Shown: positions 60,941-64,000 of the stretch, in pieces | Layout: the number at the start of each line of letters is the position of its first letter | Position numbering within the stretch: position 1 is the first letter of the stretch | NCBI GenBank assembly: GCA_016288155.1 | Contig: JAEEYP010000063.1 | Coordinates: 222,124 to 286,123, forward strand | DNA from: Clostridiales bacterium | GTDB taxonomy: Bacteria > Bacillota > Clostridia > Oscillospirales > CAG-272 | Reading direction: 5' to 3' | Length of the DNA: 64,000 nt | Position numbers and translations under genes: made by a program | Notes under the pieces: model-generated | Told to the model about the DNA's origin: nothing | What the model saw: the letters and a program-made list of their open reading frames with translations, nothing else | The model's database searches: none

Positions 60941-62353
60941 ATGAAAGACCTGCTTTCGTATTTCTATGACATCAGCCGCATCCCACGCGCGTCCTACAAA
61001 GAAGAAAAGATCGCGCGGTACCTGACGGACTTTGCCGCCGCCCGTTCCCTTGAAGCATATACCGACGAGGCGCACAACGTCCTCATCCGCAAGCCCGCAT
61101 CTCCCGGCTATGAAACGGCGCCCGCCGTACTTCTCCAGGGACACACGGACATGGTATGCGAGAAGACCTTTGACACCGTGCACGATTTCGACACGGAAGG
61201 GATCCGAATCCTGCGCGACGGGGATTTTCTGCACGCGGACGGAACGACGCTCGGCGCGGACGACGGCTATGCCGTCGCCGTCATGCTTGCGATCCTCGAC
61301 GACGGCACGCTGCCCCATCCGCCGCTCGAATGCCTCTTCACGTCAAGCGAGGAGGTCGGGCTCGACGGGATGCGCGCGGTCGATCCCGCGTGGATCCGCG
61401 CACGGCGGATGATCAACCTCGATTCCTGCAAGGAAACGTGCGCGACGGCGTCCTGCGCCGGCGGCATACGGACGTATTTCCACCGCGAGGGAACGCCGCA
61501 CATCGCCGCCGGAACGGCGGTCACCGTGCGGATCACCGGGCTCATGGGCGGTCACTCCGGAGAGGAGATCCATCGCGGACGCGGCAATGCGCTCAAGATC
61601 GCGGCGCGCCTGTGGGAAGCCGCGCTGCCGTGCGGCGTGCGGCTGATATCCCTCGTAGGCGGGACGAAAGACAACGCGATCCCGCGTGAGGCGGAACTTC
61701 GGCTCCTGACAGACGACGCGGACGCGGCATGCGCCGCTCTTCGCGCGGCGGCAGATACGGTCTGCGCAGAACTGAGCGACGACGATCGCGCAATGAAGGC
61801 TGACGTCGGTTCCGCTCCGTACTCCGGACCCGTCTTCTCCGACGCGGATACCGACGCGCTGCGGACGCTGCTCCGCATCCTTCCCTGCGGGCCGCTCGGC
61901 ATGAGCTTCCATCTGCCCGGCGTCGTCGAGACCTCCTCGAACACCGCCGTCGTGCAGGCGGAAGGCGGGATCGCGGACGTCACGATCTCCTCCCGCTCGC
62001 TCACGGAAAGCCGGCTGGACGATCTCGTCTCCCTTCTCGAGACGGAAGCGGCGCTCTGCGGCTTTACCGTGCGGCACATGCACCGCTATCCGGGCTGGCA
62101 GTTCAAAACGGATTCGGAGCTCCAGCGGATCTACCGGATCGCATCCGAGGAGATTCTCGGCCGTCCGGGCGACATCATCGGCATCCACGCCGGTCTCGAA
62201 TGCGGGCTGATGGATGAGAAGATCCCCGATATGGATATGCTCTCCATCGGACCGGACATATACGATCTGCACACGCCGAAGGAACGGCTCTCCGTTTCCT
62301 CCGCCGAGCGCGTATACCGCATCGTATTGCGGATGCTCGCGCTGTCGCGCTGA
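60941..62353 (+). CDS. pepD: aminoacyl-histidine (Xaa-His) dipeptidase, M20 family
   Basis: Start at MKDLLSYFYDISRIPRASYKEEKI (ATG 60941, GGAGG SD). LQGHTDMV, ADGTTLGADDG and SSEEVGLDG metal-site motifs. Confidence 0.85.
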   Translation: MKDLLSYFYDISRIPRASYKEEKIARYLTDFAAARSLEAYTDEAHNVLIRKPASPGYETAPAVLLQGHTDMVCEKTFDTVHDFDTEGIRILRDGDFLHADGTTLGADDGYAVAVMLAILDDGTLPHPPLECLFTSSEEVGLDGMRAVDPAWIRARRMINLDSCKETCATASCAGGIRTYFHREGTPHIAAGTAVTVRITGLMGGHSGEEIHRGRGNALKIAARLWEAALPCGVRLISLVGGTKDNAIPREAELRLLTDDADAACAALRAAADTVCAELSDDDRAMKADVGSAPYSGPVFSDADTDALRTLLRILPCGPLGMSFHLPGVVETSSNTAVVQAEGGIADVTISSRSLTESRLDDLVSLLETEAALCGFTVRHMHRYPGWQFKTDSELQRIYRIASEEILGRPGDIIGIHAGLECGLMDEKIPDMDMLSIGPDIYDLHTPKERLSVSSAERVYRIVLRMLALSR

Positions 62354-62372
62354 GCTGCGGCTCCATAGACAG

Positions 62373-62424
62373 ATACCGGTCGACCGGGCGTCCCGCCCCG
62401 GTCGACCGGTATACTTTTTGTTTT
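62373..62424 (+). terminator. rho-independent terminator of pepD
   Basis: 16-bp perfect stem ATACCGGTCGACCGGG/CCCGGTCGACCGGTAT followed by ACTTTTTGTTTT. Confidence 0.85.
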
Positions 62425-62441
62425 ACCGCAAAACGGGAGGA

Positions 62442-63170
62442 TCAGTAACCGTTCACGGTGCGCTTCGTGCCGCGCTGGTAATCGCGGTGCAGCGTGAGCT
62501 CGCCGTTGTCCATCTTGAAGATCCGGTCGGCGTGGTCTGCGATGGAAAGATCGTGCGTCACCATGACGAGCGTCTGACCCATGACGCGCTTCGTTTCAAG
62601 CAGGAGCTTCAGCACCTCGTCGGCGTTCGCACGGTCGAGGTTGCCGGTCGGCTCGTCCGCAAAGACGATGTCCGGCATATTGATGAGCGCGCGGGCGATG
62701 GCGACGCGCTGCTGCTGACCGCCGGACAGCTCGCTCGGCAGGTGATGGAGACGTTCCGTGAGCTGAAGCGTTTCCACGAGTTTGCGCAGATTCTCCTGAT
62801 AACTCATGTCCGGCTTGTTGCACATGACGGTCGGGATGAGGATGTTTTCGAGCGCCGTGAACTGCGGGATGAGATTATGACGCTGGAAAATAAACCCCAT
62901 GTTCTCCCCGCGGAAGCGTCCGAGTTCATCGGAAGACATTTTCGTGATGTCGTTGCCGCGGATCTTGACGTGACCGGCGTCCGCGCGCAAAAGGCCCGCG
63001 CAGATGTGCAGAAACGTGGATTTTCCGGAACCGGAGGTACCGATGATCGCCACGAATTCGCCCGGCTCGACGCGGATGCTGGCGCGGTTGACGGCGGTTA
63101 CGACGGTATCGTACTGCTTGTACTGCTTTATGACGCTCTCCGTTTGCAGCATGTATTCAACTTCTGGCAT
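62442..63170 (-). CDS. ABC transporter ATP-binding protein (MacB/FtsE/LolD-like)
   Basis: Walker A GTSGSGKST, FIFQRHNLIPQFTALENI, signature LSGGQQQRVAIARAL, Walker B VFADEPTGNLD. Confidence 0.9.
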   Translation of the reverse strand: MPEVEYMLQTESVIKQYKQYDTVVTAVNRASIRVEPGEFVAIIGTSGSGKSTFLHICAGLLRADAGHVKIRGNDITKMSSDELGRFRGENMGFIFQRHNLIPQFTALENILIPTVMCNKPDMSYQENLRKLVETLQLTERLHHLPSELSGGQQQRVAIARALINMPDIVFADEPTGNLDRANADEVLKLLLETKRVMGQTLVMVTHDLSIADHADRIFKMDNGELTLHRDYQRGTKRTVNGY

Positions 63171-63222
63171 GTTCGTATATCCTTTTCTTGAAATTCAGAT
63201 GGAACCGGAAAGGATAGGGGGG

Positions 63223-64000
63223 TCAGTGTCCCTCGTCCCCCTCGCCCGCACCGCCGTTCTCCAGCGTGAAGCGGGACTTCATGTAACTGCGGAACGGCAG
63301 ATACGCGGAGAAGAATCCGCAGCCCACCGACATGACGACGCTCGTAACGATCGCATACCACGGCATGTAGAAATCGTAGCGGACGTTCGCGTGGGTGAAA
63401 TAAGGCTCGACCACGTTGAAAACGTAGAAGAGCAGATAGCTCCCGAGATAACTGAGCAGGATCGCAACGATGAGGGAAAGGAACGCCATAACGAGACCGC
63501 CCTGCACGTAGATGCGGCGGATATCCTTCGCCTGCGCGCCCATCGCCTGGAGGATGTTGAACTCTCTCTCACGCTTGAAGTAATAGAGCGTCTGCGTGAA
63601 GAACCAGATCAGCGGAGAGATGAAGAGGATCAGGATCGCGATGCATACGTAGAACTCATTGTAGTGCTTATCGGAAGAGATGCTGTCGAGGCTGAGCTGA
63701 TGCGTGTTCAGCACGTACGTGTCGCCGTAGATCCGCCCCCAGTTGCGGATCTGCCCGTCCAGCGTGCCGACTTCTTCCGGCGTCAGCTCCTGATCCACGT
63801 AAATATTCAGCGCGGTGATCTCCAGCGGATCTTTCGTGACCGTCTCGTATCCCTCGGGGCTGAAATAGATCGGCATGCTGCCGGAGGGAACGTTGTGGAG
63901 CACGGCGCCGACGGTGAAGGTATGATATTCGAAGCGGAAGCATTCGATCTGCGCGGCGAGCAGATTGCGTCCGGAGAGATTGCCGTCGATCGCGCGGATC
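63223..64000 (-). CDS. FtsX-like ABC transporter permease (partial, 5' end beyond right edge)
   Basis: The frame is open to the window edge upstream of the track ORF (…IRAIDGNLSGRNLLAAQIECFRFEYHTFTVGAVLHNV…). C-terminal FtsX domain REFNILQAMGAQAKDIRRIYVQGGLVMAFLSLIVAILLSY. Lies upstream of its ATPase. Confidence 0.8.
   Translation of the reverse strand, partial: IRAIDGNLSGRNLLAAQIECFRFEYHTFTVGAVLHNVPSGSMPIYFSPEGYETVTKDPLEITALNIYVDQELTPEEVGTLDGQIRNWGRIYGDTYVLNTHQLSLDSISSDKHYNEFYVCIAILILFISPLIWFFTQTLYYFKREREFNILQAMGAQAKDIRRIYVQGGLVMAFLSLIVAILLSYLGSYLLFYVFNVVEPYFTHANVRYDFYMPWYAIVTSVVMSVGCGFFSAYLPFRSYMKSRFTLENGGAGEGDEGH

Overview
Visibly GC-rich 64-kb chromosomal segment that reads as core genome of an endospore-forming Clostridia-class Firmicute. 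Supporting this are a complete spoIIIAA-AH operon, an L27 propeptide with the Prp protease, whiA, and a nusB-xseA-xseB-ispA-tlyA-nadK-argR-recN block. I call 62 protein-coding genes (2 truncated by the window edges), 1 pseudogene, 1 tRNA-Val, 1 candidate small RNA, and a set of sigma-A-type promoters and intrinsic terminators. 52 of the 62 CDS are on the minus strand, and many are translationally coupled through ATGA/GTGA overlaps. All functional calls come from motif and family recognition by eye; no search was run. I found no transposase, integrase, phage, CRISPR, restriction-modification or recognisable defence genes, so I cannot point to a clear-cut new system. The most unusual items follow. 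(1) A 282-aa protein that looks like a SCIFF/SPASM-type radical-SAM peptide maturase but has no CxxxCxxC cluster motif and no adjacent precursor peptide; beside it sits a block of three large uncharacterised cytoplasmic proteins. (2) Two paralogous orphan solute-binding lipoprotein genes wedged between xseA and xseB. (3) A tandem SGNH hydrolase pair whose second copy has lost the catalytic Ser. (4) An orphan consensus promoter plus terminator unit, a candidate ~75-nt sRNA, next to tRNA-Val. (5) A promoter-proximal intrinsic terminator in the leader of a DUF1846-asnA operon. (6) A PHP-family gene inactivated by both an in-frame TAG and a homopolymer frameshift. The many very long antisense ORFs in the track are treated as GC-driven shadow ORFs.
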